DNA of 38,291 nucleotides from Minisyncoccota bacterium (GCA_025450615.1 JANWHC010000028.1:1-38291), one strand, 5' to 3'; shown: positions 23,140 to 32,138, counted from the stretch's first letter. Notes: generated by a model from the letters alone, not told the origin. Numbers and translations: made by a program.

Positions 23140-25056
23140 TTACAGAAGGGTAACGGGGTCTACTCTTATCGACACATTTGGAGGAAGAGACCGCAATTTG
23201 GAAAGAAGAGACTCCTCAATCCATTTACCGCGAGGTAAGGAAATGAGACCATTTACTGTATATTTTTCCTTACTACCCGGGTTCCATGCATCAAAAGTAT
23301 TTACTTCAAAAGGCAACATAAACTCAGAAATTTCCGTCATCTCTTTTTTAATTTTTGTCTTATCTCCAGTAAGTGAGATTTTTATATATGTTGTAAAAGG
23401 TGGATAACCGATAGATTTTCTATCATCAATCTCGTCACGATAAAAATCAACAAGATTCCCGCGAATTGCATAGTCAAAAATTCTCGTGTTTTCCTGTCGA
23501 GTTTGAACTAGCATATTTTTCTCAGAAAGATTTCTCAAATCTAGTAGGATATGAAATATTTTTTCATTTATTTTAAAGTCTGGTATTGAAAAATATGAGT
23601 CCATAGAAACGACTGCAGTGTTTTGAACTTTTCGGTTGAGGTAAGTTAAAGCAAGCTCAGTTCCAATCATTATGCTTCCAGGAGTGTTATAAAAAGTTTC
23701 GCGGAGTTTTACGGCTTGTTTGTGGGTTTTTATATTATCTTTATCCATAATCAACACATTAGCTTTTGGAAAAAGATTTTTTAATTCTTCCAATACAGTT
23801 TCTGTTCCAATACCAAGAGGATTTAATCTCCAACCCTTGCAGTACTGGCAAAGCTCCGCAGCGTCTCTTCTTTCTCCACAATGATGACAAACAAAAAGAT
23901 TATTTTTTGATCCAGCTGTCATTTCTTTTTTTCTATATAAAACAACAGGTGCAGAGCAATTTTTACAAACTACAACAGTACCACAGTCTGAGCACACAGT
24001 TACTGGACTAAACCCACGTCTACCACAAAACAAAAAAGTTTGTTCGTTATTTTCTGTGGCATTTCTTATTATTTTTTTTAGTTCGTCCCCAATTACTGAA
24101 AATTCTTTAGTCTTTAGATTTTGAGGCACTCTAGTGCTAACTATTCTGCAATCGGCTGGACTTACGGAACGAAATTTTAGCGGAGAAAGCTCTGAATAGG
24201 AACTATTTTTATCTGGATTTTTTAATTCCCATAAAGTTTCTACACGAAGTAAAGTATCACCCAAAACTAATCGGATTTTTGACTCCTCAGCAAAAAATTC
24301 TACAGCTTGTCTAATATCTATAAAAGGCCTTGTTTGCATTTTATATGACCTTGAACTTTCTTTTTCTAAAACTATCGTTCCTAAGTTATTTATGGGCAGA
24401 GCAAGAAATGATCCACTGGTCACTACTACGATCGGATGAGTTTCGGTCGCTATTTTTTTCCACAAATCAGTTATTTCTTTTTTTGGGAGTGCTCCGTGTA
24501 TTACATAAGTATATTTTTCAATACCTTTCTCTAAGAGTACTTTTGCGTTTAAGATATCTTCAGTGGTCGGCATACAAAAGAGAACAGAGTGTCCTTTTGC
24601 AAATTCCTCGCGAATTAAGCTTTTATATGTAGCAAAACGCTCTTCTTCGTCGGATTGTAAAAGTAATGTTTCAAAAAAAACCTTAGGTGCTTTACTTGGG
24701 ACAGGAAAAGATAATTCTTTTGTTGATTCAAGAATTATTTTGGGAATTAAAGCAGCTAAGACACTTCCAATAGTTCCCGCATTAAAGTCAGCAATTTTCT
24801 TACAACTTTCAACGAAATCTCTAGATAAAAATGAATACGATTCTATTTTGTCGATCTTTTTTATACTGTAGTCAAGAGATTTAAGTTCAGTTTTTAAATC
24901 CTCTGCATTATTCGTCCCGATAACTAAACCCAACGCTTTTTTTGATCTTAAGGGGATAGAAACGATCGATCCTAAAGGAACATCTTCCTTAGCAAAATAG
25001 GTGAGAGTGTCTTTGCCTATACCTTTGGCTATTGGAATCGTCGTCAAAATTCGCAT
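23140..25056 (-). CDS. priA: Primosomal protein N' (replication-restart helicase PriA)
   Basis: Cys-rich zinc-binding insertion CSDCGTVVVCKNCSAPVV...CHHCGERRDAAELCQYCKG within an SF2 helicase core. It sits upstream of def-fmt, as in many bacteria. Confidence 0.9.
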   Translation of the reverse strand: MRILTTIPIAKGIGKDTLTYFAKEDVPLGSIVSIPLRSKKALGLVIGTNNAEDLKTELKSLDYSIKKIDKIESYSFLSRDFVESCKKIADFNAGTIGSVLAALIPKIILESTKELSFPVPSKAPKVFFETLLLQSDEEERFATYKSLIREEFAKGHSVLFCMPTTEDILNAKVLLEKGIEKYTYVIHGALPKKEITDLWKKIATETHPIVVVTSGSFLALPINNLGTIVLEKESSRSYKMQTRPFIDIRQAVEFFAEESKIRLVLGDTLLRVETLWELKNPDKNSSYSELSPLKFRSVSPADCRIVSTRVPQNLKTKEFSVIGDELKKIIRNATENNEQTFLFCGRRGFSPVTVCSDCGTVVVCKNCSAPVVLYRKKEMTAGSKNNLFVCHHCGERRDAAELCQYCKGWRLNPLGIGTETVLEELKNLFPKANVLIMDKDNIKTHKQAVKLRETFYNTPGSIMIGTELALTYLNRKVQNTAVVSMDSYFSIPDFKINEKIFHILLDLRNLSEKNMLVQTRQENTRIFDYAIRGNLVDFYRDEIDDRKSIGYPPFTTYIKISLTGDKTKIKKEMTEISEFMLPFEVNTFDAWNPGSKEKYTVNGLISLPRGKWIEESLLSKLRSLPPNVSIRVDPVTLL

Positions 25057-25119
25057 TTGGCCATTATAGCAAAAGGAGGGTATACAAAGGACTTGCTCTA
25101 ATAAGAAAATTGATGCTAA

Positions 25120-25881
25120 TTAAATTAATACCTCCATTAAGTTATCTGCATCAAAAACATACATTGTGTTTTCGCTAGCTTTTACAAAAGCGGGATCTTG
25201 ACCTCGATATATCGGCATAAAGTTCTGACCACCAAAAGAGTCGACTTCGATTGCATACACTGAGTTTGTTGTCGAAAATATTACAACATCGCTTCTATTT
25301 CTATAAAAATCAACATTTTTAATTATTGTGTCTGGTTGGATAACTTTTTTTGTTGTACTTCCAAATTGCACGATTATCGCGTTGTCGTCTAACCAAAGAG
25401 TTGTTGTTTTATCAAAAGAAATTTTAGGATTTTGTGCGGTCGGTGTAATATCCTTAATAATTTTATTTCTAATATTAAAATATTCCGGATCATTTTGAGT
25501 GATGATTTCTCCAGTTGCGTTTTGCGAAATAAAAAGTGGATGGAGTTCTAAAGTTTCTCCAGATGGAACAGTGAAATCTTTTTTCCATGGAAAGTAACCT
25601 TCGCGTGAAATTATTATTGTGTGCTTGCGCGGTGAGAAGGGAATAGTTACTTCCTCATTATCTTTTGAGGTAGTAATTTTTTTTGTTTCATCAATAAAAA
25701 TTGATGTAAGTGGAAGTGGTATTTTTAGGACGACAGTTCCAATTTTCCCAACAGTAAAATTATTTTTTATTCTAAATCCATTTTTGAAACCTATAAATCC
25801 TAAAATCAATATTAAAATAATGACAATTATGGTTGTGTAGGATCTTTTATTATTAAGAATGTGATTTTTTGCATTATCCAT
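25120..25881 (-). CDS. Membrane-anchored protein with a PEGA-like beta domain
   Basis: TM helix TTIIVIILILILGFIGF. The segment KHTIIISREGYFPWKKDFTVPSGETLELHPLF resembles a PEGA domain. Confidence 0.45.
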   Translation of the reverse strand: MDNAKNHILNNKRSYTTIIVIILILILGFIGFKNGFRIKNNFTVGKIGTVVLKIPLPLTSIFIDETKKITTSKDNEEVTIPFSPRKHTIIISREGYFPWKKDFTVPSGETLELHPLFISQNATGEIITQNDPEYFNIRNKIIKDITPTAQNPKISFDKTTTLWLDDNAIIVQFGSTTKKVIQPDTIIKNVDFYRNRSDVVIFSTTNSVYAIEVDSFGGQNFMPIYRGQDPAFVKASENTMYVFDADNLMEVLI

Positions 25882-25906
25882 TGTTTTAGCTCATAGTATA
25901 CCCAAC

Positions 25907-26920
25907 ATGAGTATTTTCTCAAAAAAATTAGGAATAGATCTTGGCACTGCAAACATATTAGTCTATGTTCCAGGTAAGGGTATTGTTTTAAATGAGCCTT
26001 CTGTTGTGGCAGTTTCAGAGTCTGACAACCGAATCGTGGCTATAGGCATTGAAGCCAAAGAGATGATAGGGCGCACACCTGAGAGTATTATAGCATACAG
26101 ACCCATGAAAGATGGTGTAATTGCTGATTATCGGGTTACTGAGGCTATGCTCAGATACTATATTGATAAAGCTTTGGGCAAATGGAACTTCACAAAACCA
26201 GAAGTACTAGTTTCTGTGCCAGCTGGAGTTACTTCAACCGAACGCCGTGCGGTTATAGAAGCAGCAATTCGCGCTGGAGCAAAGAATGCTTATGTGGTTA
26301 AAGAGCCTATTTTAGCGGCAATTGGCGCTGGAATTCCTATTCACGAAGCTATAGGGCATATGATCGTTGATATCGGAGGAGGAACAACAGACGTGGCAGT
26401 TATTTCTTTAGGTGGAATTGTTTCTTCAACTTCTGTAAAATGTGCTGGAAATAAAATCGACTACGCGATTGCAGATTATATAAAGAAAACTTTTAACCTT
26501 GGAATCGGGGATAAAACTGCAGAAGATATAAAAATAAAAATTGGTTCTGCAATTCCTGTGGACGAAGAACTCGCTATGGTAATAAAAGGACGTGATTTCG
26601 TCACAGGACTTCCAAGAAGTGTTGAAATAAAAACAAATGAAATTGTAAAAGCGATAAGTAAGGATTTACGGGAAATGATTAAGGCTATTAAAGATGTTTT
26701 ACAAGAGACTCCACCAGAACTTTCTTCAGATATTATAGATCAAGGAATTATTATGACTGGTGGCTCAAGTCAGCTTCGAAATTTTCCAGAACTTGTTTTT
26801 CGCCGAACAGGTGTAAAAGCTGTTTTGGCTAAAGATGCTATGTACTGTGTCGCAAACGGCACAGGAATCGCCTTAGAGCACCTCGATATGTACAAGAGAA
26901 GTGTGATTAGTAAGCGTTAA
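25907..26920 (+). CDS. mreB: Rod-shape-determining actin homolog MreB (paralog 1)
   Basis: GIDLGTANILVY, EPSVVA, DIGGGTTDVAVISLGG and IIMTGGSSQLRNF. Confidence 0.9.
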   Translation: MSIFSKKLGIDLGTANILVYVPGKGIVLNEPSVVAVSESDNRIVAIGIEAKEMIGRTPESIIAYRPMKDGVIADYRVTEAMLRYYIDKALGKWNFTKPEVLVSVPAGVTSTERRAVIEAAIRAGAKNAYVVKEPILAAIGAGIPIHEAIGHMIVDIGGGTTDVAVISLGGIVSSTSVKCAGNKIDYAIADYIKKTFNLGIGDKTAEDIKIKIGSAIPVDEELAMVIKGRDFVTGLPRSVEIKTNEIVKAISKDLREMIKAIKDVLQETPPELSSDIIDQGIIMTGGSSQLRNFPELVFRRTGVKAVLAKDAMYCVANGTGIALEHLDMYKRSVISKR

Positions 26921-26943
26921 TATTTTTTTGTTATAATACCCAC

Positions 26944-27612
26944 ATGCATTCGTTCATGGAATTATATAGGGAGAGGGAAACTCTCCATCATGCTTATCTT
27001 TTGGTGACTCACAAAATTGAGGAAGAGGCATCGAAACTGAAACATTTTCTTGAGGAAATTGTTGGAATAAAAACTACTGGGAATCCAGACTATTCGCATT
27101 CTAAATTTGAAACAATGACGATAGCTGATGCTAGAACTATTACTGAAAGCGAAATGAGAAAAGGTATTGCTGGAGGTAAAAAGATTTTTGTTATTGAAAC
27201 AGATTTTATAACAGAGGAAGCACAAAATGCGTTGCTTAAAGTTTTTGAAGAGCCTAGGGATGGGACCCACTTTTTCATTTTCTCTCCACAAGATACACTT
27301 TTGCCTACCTTAAAAAGCCGGATGATGGTTTTTCATGGAGATAAAGGAGAACTAGAAGTTGGTTCTTTCCTTAAGCTTTCGATGACAGAAAGAATGGATA
27401 AGGTTAAAGAAATAGTAGAGGAAATAAATGATGAAGAAAAAACAAAACAGGATGCAATAAGTTTTATAAACAATATTGAGAGTGAATTACATGGAAGTGG
27501 TGTCGAAAATAAAGCAAAATCTCTCGAAGCTTGTCAGTTTGCTAGAAAAGCACTACTAGATCGTGGCGCACCAATCAAAATGATCTTGGAGAATTTAGTT
27601 CTTTCGATCTGA
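26944..27612 (+). CDS. holB: DNA polymerase III delta'-like clamp-loader subunit (short)
   Basis: HHAYLLV, and ITEEAQNALLKVFEEPRDGTHFFIFSPQDTLLPTLKSRMMVF (sensor-1/SRC-type motif with no Walker A). Confidence 0.7.
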   Translation: MHSFMELYRERETLHHAYLLVTHKIEEEASKLKHFLEEIVGIKTTGNPDYSHSKFETMTIADARTITESEMRKGIAGGKKIFVIETDFITEEAQNALLKVFEEPRDGTHFFIFSPQDTLLPTLKSRMMVFHGDKGELEVGSFLKLSMTERMDKVKEIVEEINDEEKTKQDAISFINNIESELHGSGVENKAKSLEACQFARKALLDRGAPIKMILENLVLSI

Positions 27613-27626
27613 TATAATAGAAATCT

Positions 27627-28178
27627 ATGCAATATAACTTCACTGAAATAAAAAAGAATGTGAAAGAGACAGAAGAGTGGCTAAAAAAAGAGTTTTCGAG
27701 TGTCAGAACTGGCAGAGCAAGCCCAGCTATTTTAGATGGGGTAAAAGTTGAAGCCTATGGAAATGATATGCCCATTTCTCAAGTAGCCAATATTTCTGTG
27801 GAAGACGCCCGAATGCTTCGGATTTCTCCTTGGGATAACAGCGTCACAAAGTCTATCGAAAAAGCTATCTTAGTTTCTGACTTAGGACTTTCTGTCACAG
27901 TGGATGACAAAGGTCTTCGAGTGGTTTTTCCTGATCTTACTTCAGACAGAAGGCAATCACTAGTTAAAGTAGCAAAGCAAAAACTTGAAGATGCGCGTAT
28001 TAAACTTCGCGGAGATAGAGAGAAAGTTTTGAAAGACATAGATAAGAAAGAAAAAGAAGGCGGAATGTCAGAAGACGAGAAGTTTAGATTTAAGACTGAA
28101 CTTCAGAAAATTTTAGATGATTCAACTAAAGTTTTAGAAGATGCTTTTACAAAGAAAGAGAAGGAAATTCTAGAATAA
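27627..28178 (+). CDS. frr: Ribosome recycling factor
   Basis: FSSVRTGRASPAILDGVKVEAYG, ISPWD, FPDLTSDRRQSLVKVAKQ and IRGDRE. Confidence 0.95.
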   Translation: MQYNFTEIKKNVKETEEWLKKEFSSVRTGRASPAILDGVKVEAYGNDMPISQVANISVEDARMLRISPWDNSVTKSIEKAILVSDLGLSVTVDDKGLRVVFPDLTSDRRQSLVKVAKQKLEDARIKLRGDREKVLKDIDKKEKEGGMSEDEKFRFKTELQKILDDSTKVLEDAFTKKEKEILE

Positions 28179-28181
28179 TCC

Positions 28182-29282
28182 ATGACCATAATCATCTTTC
28201 TAATAATTTTAGCTTTACTTATTTTAGTCCATGAATTTGGACATTTTATTGTGGCTAAAAAGTCAGGTATTCGGGTAGACGAGTTTGGACTTGGTTTCCC
28301 ACCAAAAATTTTCTCTAAAAAATGGGGCGATACAGTTTACACCTTGAATGCATTGCCTTTTGGAGGTTTCGTAAAAATTTTTGGTGAAGATGCACACGCT
28401 GGGGAAATCTCCAATGAAGATAGGGAAACAAGTTTTGTTTACAAACCAAAATGGATTAAAGCTAGCGTTTTGGTGGCAGGAGTTTTTATGAATGTGGTTT
28501 TTGCTTGGTTTCTTATCTCGTTAGGTTTTGTAATTGGTCTTCCTGCAAGTAGTGAATATTCAGGTTTTGGAGAGGTTAAAAATACAAACTTGGTTATTAC
28601 AGAAGTTATCCAAGATTCTCCCGCAAATAAGGCTGGTCTTATTTCTGGAGACATTATTTTGTCTGTTTCTTCTGACAATAATTCGCTTCAAGAAAAAGAT
28701 TTAGATACTGAAAAGTTTCAAGAGTTTATTATAAATAATAGTGAAAGTAAATTAGTAATAACTTACCAAAGGGGAACAGGTGTACCTAAAAATGTTACCG
28801 TCACTCCTACATTAAATGAAGTGAGTGGAAAAAAGATGATTGGAGTATCAATGGATGAGATTGGTACACTAAAACTTCCAGTACATTTAGCGTTGGCAGA
28901 AGGAGTGAGAACTACAGGACTTTTATTTAAACAAACAGTGGTTGGTTTATCACAATTTATTTGGGACTCTGTTAGATTAAAATCTGACTTGTCACAAGTT
29001 ACTGGTCCAATTGGTATTGCTCATGTAGTAGGGGAAGCAAAAAGCCTAGGCTTTGTTTACCTTTTAACAATTGTTGCGCTTATCTCAATAAACTTAGCAG
29101 TTATAAATCTTATTCCATTTCCAGCTCTTGACGGAGGACGACTTCTTTTCCTTTTGATCGAAGCTATTACTCGTCGCGAAATTCCTCCAAAAATCGTGCA
29201 ATACAGCAATCTTTTAGGTTTTGTATTACTTATTCTTCTTATGATTGTTGTAACTTCTCATGATGTGATAAAGTTGTTCTAA
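28182..29282 (+). CDS. rseP: RIP metalloprotease RseP (M50 site-2 protease with a PDZ domain)
   Basis: HEFGHF near the N-terminus, a PDZ segment (DSPANKAGLISGDIIL) and NLIPFPALDGGRL. Confidence 0.9.
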   Translation: MTIIIFLIILALLILVHEFGHFIVAKKSGIRVDEFGLGFPPKIFSKKWGDTVYTLNALPFGGFVKIFGEDAHAGEISNEDRETSFVYKPKWIKASVLVAGVFMNVVFAWFLISLGFVIGLPASSEYSGFGEVKNTNLVITEVIQDSPANKAGLISGDIILSVSSDNNSLQEKDLDTEKFQEFIINNSESKLVITYQRGTGVPKNVTVTPTLNEVSGKKMIGVSMDEIGTLKLPVHLALAEGVRTTGLLFKQTVVGLSQFIWDSVRLKSDLSQVTGPIGIAHVVGEAKSLGFVYLLTIVALISINLAVINLIPFPALDGGRLLFLLIEAITRREIPPKIVQYSNLLGFVLLILLMIVVTSHDVIKLF

Positions 29283-29335
29283 AGTTTTTTTGTAAAGTCT
29301 TGACATTTTAAGATAATTGGTTCATGCTTTAGATA

Positions 29336-29564
29336 GAAGGCCTCTTGGCTTCCGACCCCTCGCTCGGTAGGTGAGGGTTTCCACCTCCTCGGATGACCAA
29401 ATGTCGTCGAGCCAGCCCGTGATGTGGCACATTCAGCTAGTTCCGAGCAGCTGATTGTTTGACGCTCACAAATAACCTGGTGGTTTTTAAGACTTAAATG
29501 CAGATGACACCCTGCCCGCGGAGCCTCACGAAATACGTGAGCTTCGCGGAGTCAGGGTTTTTTT
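29336..29564 (+). ncRNA. Candidate structured non-coding RNA (~230 nt, GC-rich, family not recognised)
   Basis: TTGACA at 29300-29305 lies upstream; the -10 box is weak or unclear. There is no ORF with an SD sequence. Local stems include GGCT..CGAC/GTCG..AGCC, CCCTC/GAGGG and TCAGCT/AGCTGA. It ends in a roughly 20-bp compound hairpin plus T7 (29509-29564). A hand-counted sample is 62% G+C. Confidence 0.35.
29509..29564 (+). terminator. Strong rho-independent terminator ending the ncRNA candidate
   Basis: CCCTG-CCGCGGAGCCTCACG aaata CGTGAGCTTCGCGG-ag-tCAGGG followed by TTTTTTT. Confidence 0.75.
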
Positions 29565-29567
29565 ATT

Positions 29568-29596
29568 TTGACAATTTTGTTTTCTTACCTCAATAT
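29568..29596 (+). promoter_or_regulatory. Candidate sigma70-type promoter of the proS leader
   Basis: TTGACA (29568-29573) - 17 nt - CAATAT (29591-29596). Confidence 0.5.
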
Positions 29597-29602
29597 GAAT
29601 TT

Positions 29603-29725
29603 GGGGAGAGGAGGCTGACTTCCTCACGATCCAACAACTAGTGTAAGGGCCCACGTTGCCTCGTGCAGTGTTTTGAACAACCGCCTCTCCCTTCTTTTGA
29701 CCGATTCAATCGGTCCTTTCTTTTT
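29603..29725 (+). promoter_or_regulatory. Structured 5' leader of proS with an intrinsic terminator (candidate attenuator or riboswitch-like element, class unknown)
   Basis: Long-range stem GGGAGAGG (from about 29604) with CCTCTCCC (29684-29691), then the hairpin GACCGAT tca ATCGGTC (29699-29715) and CTTTCTTTTT. The proS ATG lies 34 nt further on. Confidence 0.4.
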
Positions 29726-29758
29726 GCTCAAAATTATTTTTTGATATACTATTGTTCT

Positions 29759-31006
29759 ATGCGACAGTCACAACTTTTTACAAAAACTCGAAAGGAGATT
29801 CCAAGCGATGAGACTTCAAAAAACGCCGAACTTTTGATCCGGGCAGGTTTTATCCATAAGGAACAAGCAGGTGTGTATTCTATTTTACCTCTAGGTCTTA
29901 TGGTTGTTTCGAAAATAAAACAAATCGTTTCAGAGGAAATGAAAAGTGTTGGTTCCACTGAGCTTTTGATGTCTAGCTTACAAAGTAAAGAATTATGGGA
30001 AAAAACTGATAGATGGAATGATGAAAAGGTTGATGTTTGGTTTAAATCACAACTTAAAAATGGAACAGAAGTTGGTTTTGGCTGGTCTCATGAAGAACCT
30101 ATAACTAGTCTCATGACTTATCATGTTAAAAGTTATAACGATCTACCTGTATATGTTCACCAATTCCAAAATAAACTTAGAAATGAAGTTCGTGCAAAGG
30201 CTGGAATAATGAGATGTCGAGAGTTTATTATGAAAGATATGTATTCTTACTCAACAAATGAGGAAGAGCATATGAATTTTTACAACAAAACTATAGAAGC
30301 TTATAAAAAAGTTTTTGAAAGAGTAGGTCTTGGTGGTAATACTTTTGTAACGTCTGCTTCTGGAGGAGTGTTTACAGATAAATTCAGTCACGAGTTTCAA
30401 ACAATTTGTGACGCTGGAGAAGATAATATTTATGTCCACAAAGATGGAAAACTTGCCTTAAATGAGGAAGTTTTCAACGATAAAACTTTAGCCGACTTAA
30501 ATGTTGAGAAATCTGATTTTGAAATGAAAAAAGCCGCCGAAGTCGGAAATATATTTACTTTTGGTACTAAAAAATGCGAAGAATTAGGACTTTATTTTAA
30601 TGATAGTGATGGTGAGAAAAAAGGAGTATTTTTGGGGTCATACGGAATTGGCATTACACGTCTTATGGGTGTTTTAGCTGAAGTATTTTCAGATGACAAA
30701 GGTTTATCTTGGCCGAAAGAAGTTAGCCCATTTCACGTCCATTTAGTTAGACTTGGAGTAAACGGAACCACAGTTTCATTTGCTGACAAGGTATACGACG
30801 ATTTGAAATCGAACGGTTTTACTGTACTCTATGATGACAGAGATTTGCGAGCTGGAGAGAAATTCGCTGACTCTGATCTTATTGGAATCCCTGTAAGATT
30901 TGTAATTTCAGATAAAACTGTAGCTGAAGAGAAGATTGAGGTAAAAAAAAGAAAAGAAAGTGAATCTGAAGTGGTAAGTTTGGACGTTGCTTTGAAAAAT
31001 TTGTAA
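29759..31006 (+). CDS. proS: Proline--tRNA ligase (short form without a large editing insertion)
   Basis: The start MRQSQLFTKTRKE... is typical for ProRS. Class II motifs are present (FRNEVRAKAGIMRCREFIMKD, GSYGIGITRL) along with a C-terminal anticodon-binding domain. The track's upstream extension from 29663 runs through the leader and terminator, so I reject it. Confidence 0.9.
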   Translation: MRQSQLFTKTRKEIPSDETSKNAELLIRAGFIHKEQAGVYSILPLGLMVVSKIKQIVSEEMKSVGSTELLMSSLQSKELWEKTDRWNDEKVDVWFKSQLKNGTEVGFGWSHEEPITSLMTYHVKSYNDLPVYVHQFQNKLRNEVRAKAGIMRCREFIMKDMYSYSTNEEEHMNFYNKTIEAYKKVFERVGLGGNTFVTSASGGVFTDKFSHEFQTICDAGEDNIYVHKDGKLALNEEVFNDKTLADLNVEKSDFEMKKAAEVGNIFTFGTKKCEELGLYFNDSDGEKKGVFLGSYGIGITRLMGVLAEVFSDDKGLSWPKEVSPFHVHLVRLGVNGTTVSFADKVYDDLKSNGFTVLYDDRDLRAGEKFADSDLIGIPVRFVISDKTVAEEKIEVKKRKESESEVVSLDVALKNL

Positions 31007-31076
31007 TTTTAAGCCATATGTTTTTGTATAAATCAGAAGCAGATTCTGATAGGGATTTCTTTGATTAAATTTTAAA

Positions 31077-32138
31077 ATGATAAAAAGATTAGAACAACTA
31101 AAACGATTTCTCTCCAATGATGTTGGTATTGATTTGGGTACAGCAAACACACTAGTTTATCTAAATGGAAAGGGGATTGTTATAAACGAACCCTCTGTTG
31201 TGGCGGTAAATCAAAAAACAGGAAGAGTTGTGGCTGTTGGAAAAGACGCAAAGCAAATGTTAGGGCGGACTCCAGGGCACATAGTTGCTGTCAGACCCCT
31301 TGTGGATGGTGTGATTTCTGACTTCGAAGTAACTGAAGAGATGATTACATATTTACTAAACAAAGCTCAAAAAGAAAATAGAAAACTTCTGGGCCCAAGA
31401 GTTGTGGTGGGCGTACCAAGCGGAATCACAAACGTGGAAACCCGCGCAGTTCGTGATGCGACAAAAAATGCCGGCGCGTCAGAAGTTTTTATTGTTGAAG
31501 AACCAATGGCGGCCGCTATCGGAATACGACTACCAATAATGGAACCTGTCGGAAATATGATTATTGATATTGGCGGAGGAACTACGGACATCGCAGTCAT
31601 TTCTTTGGGTGGAGTCGTCCGCTCAAAAAATCTTCGAATTGCGGGAGATAAACTAAACAACGATATTATTTCTTATGTGCGATCAGAATTTAAAATTTTA
31701 ATTGGTGAAAAAACAGCTGAGACTGTAAAAATATCTATAGGTTCTATTTTACCAAGTGATTCTCCGCTCGAGGCTTCGATAAAAGGCCGTGATCTTATCT
31801 CTGGGCTTCCAAGAGAGGTAGTTATAACTGATTCAGATATACGAGAGGCTATTTCTCAATCTATCGATACTCTTATTGAATCCGTGAAAGAAGTCTTAGA
31901 AACGACACCACCGGAGATTATTTCTGATGTTATGCAAAGAGGAATATACTTGACTGGCGGTGGGGCCCTCATAAAAGGCTTAGCGGAAATAATTGCTGAG
32001 TATAGTAAAATTCCTGTACATATTGCCCCGGATCCCTTGACTGCAGTCTGTAGAGGAACTGGAATAATTTTAGAAAATCTAGAAATTTACCGAGATGTTT
32101 TAATTGCGAACGAAGATGAGTTACCTCCTAAAAAGTAA
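31077..32138 (+). CDS. mreB: Rod-shape-determining actin homolog MreB (paralog 2, heads the mreBCD-PBP2 cluster)
   Basis: GIDLGTANTLVY, EPSVVA, DIGGGTTDIAVISLGG and IYLTGGGALIKGL. Confidence 0.9.
   Translation: MIKRLEQLKRFLSNDVGIDLGTANTLVYLNGKGIVINEPSVVAVNQKTGRVVAVGKDAKQMLGRTPGHIVAVRPLVDGVISDFEVTEEMITYLLNKAQKENRKLLGPRVVVGVPSGITNVETRAVRDATKNAGASEVFIVEEPMAAAIGIRLPIMEPVGNMIIDIGGGTTDIAVISLGGVVRSKNLRIAGDKLNNDIISYVRSEFKILIGEKTAETVKISIGSILPSDSPLEASIKGRDLISGLPREVVITDSDIREAISQSIDTLIESVKEVLETTPPEIISDVMQRGIYLTGGGALIKGLAEIIAEYSKIPVHIAPDPLTAVCRGTGIILENLEIYRDVLIANEDELPPKK

Noticed and set aside
29336-29564. Assigning the GC-rich transcript to tmRNA, RNase P RNA, SRP RNA or 6S RNA. The same applies to 6282-6393 and 5284-5466.
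   Set aside because: The hallmark strings are absent. There is no tRNA-like GGGG...TCCACCA ends, no GAGGAAAGTCC, no SRP helix-8 GGAA loop context, and no end-to-end closing stem as in 6S RNA. This cannot be settled without covariance-model searches.
29603-29725. Calling the proS leader a T-box riboswitch.
   Set aside because: The conserved T-box sequence, AG/GNUGGNA-type Stem I motifs and the usual length of about 200 nt are not visible. I report it only as an unclassified terminator-containing leader.
29663-29758. The N-terminal extension of proS suggested by the ORF track (MQCFEQPPLP...).
   Set aside because: The extension starts at a GTG inside the structured leader and reads through the hairpin/T-tract terminator. 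ProRS homologs begin at the MRQSQLF... methionine (29759).
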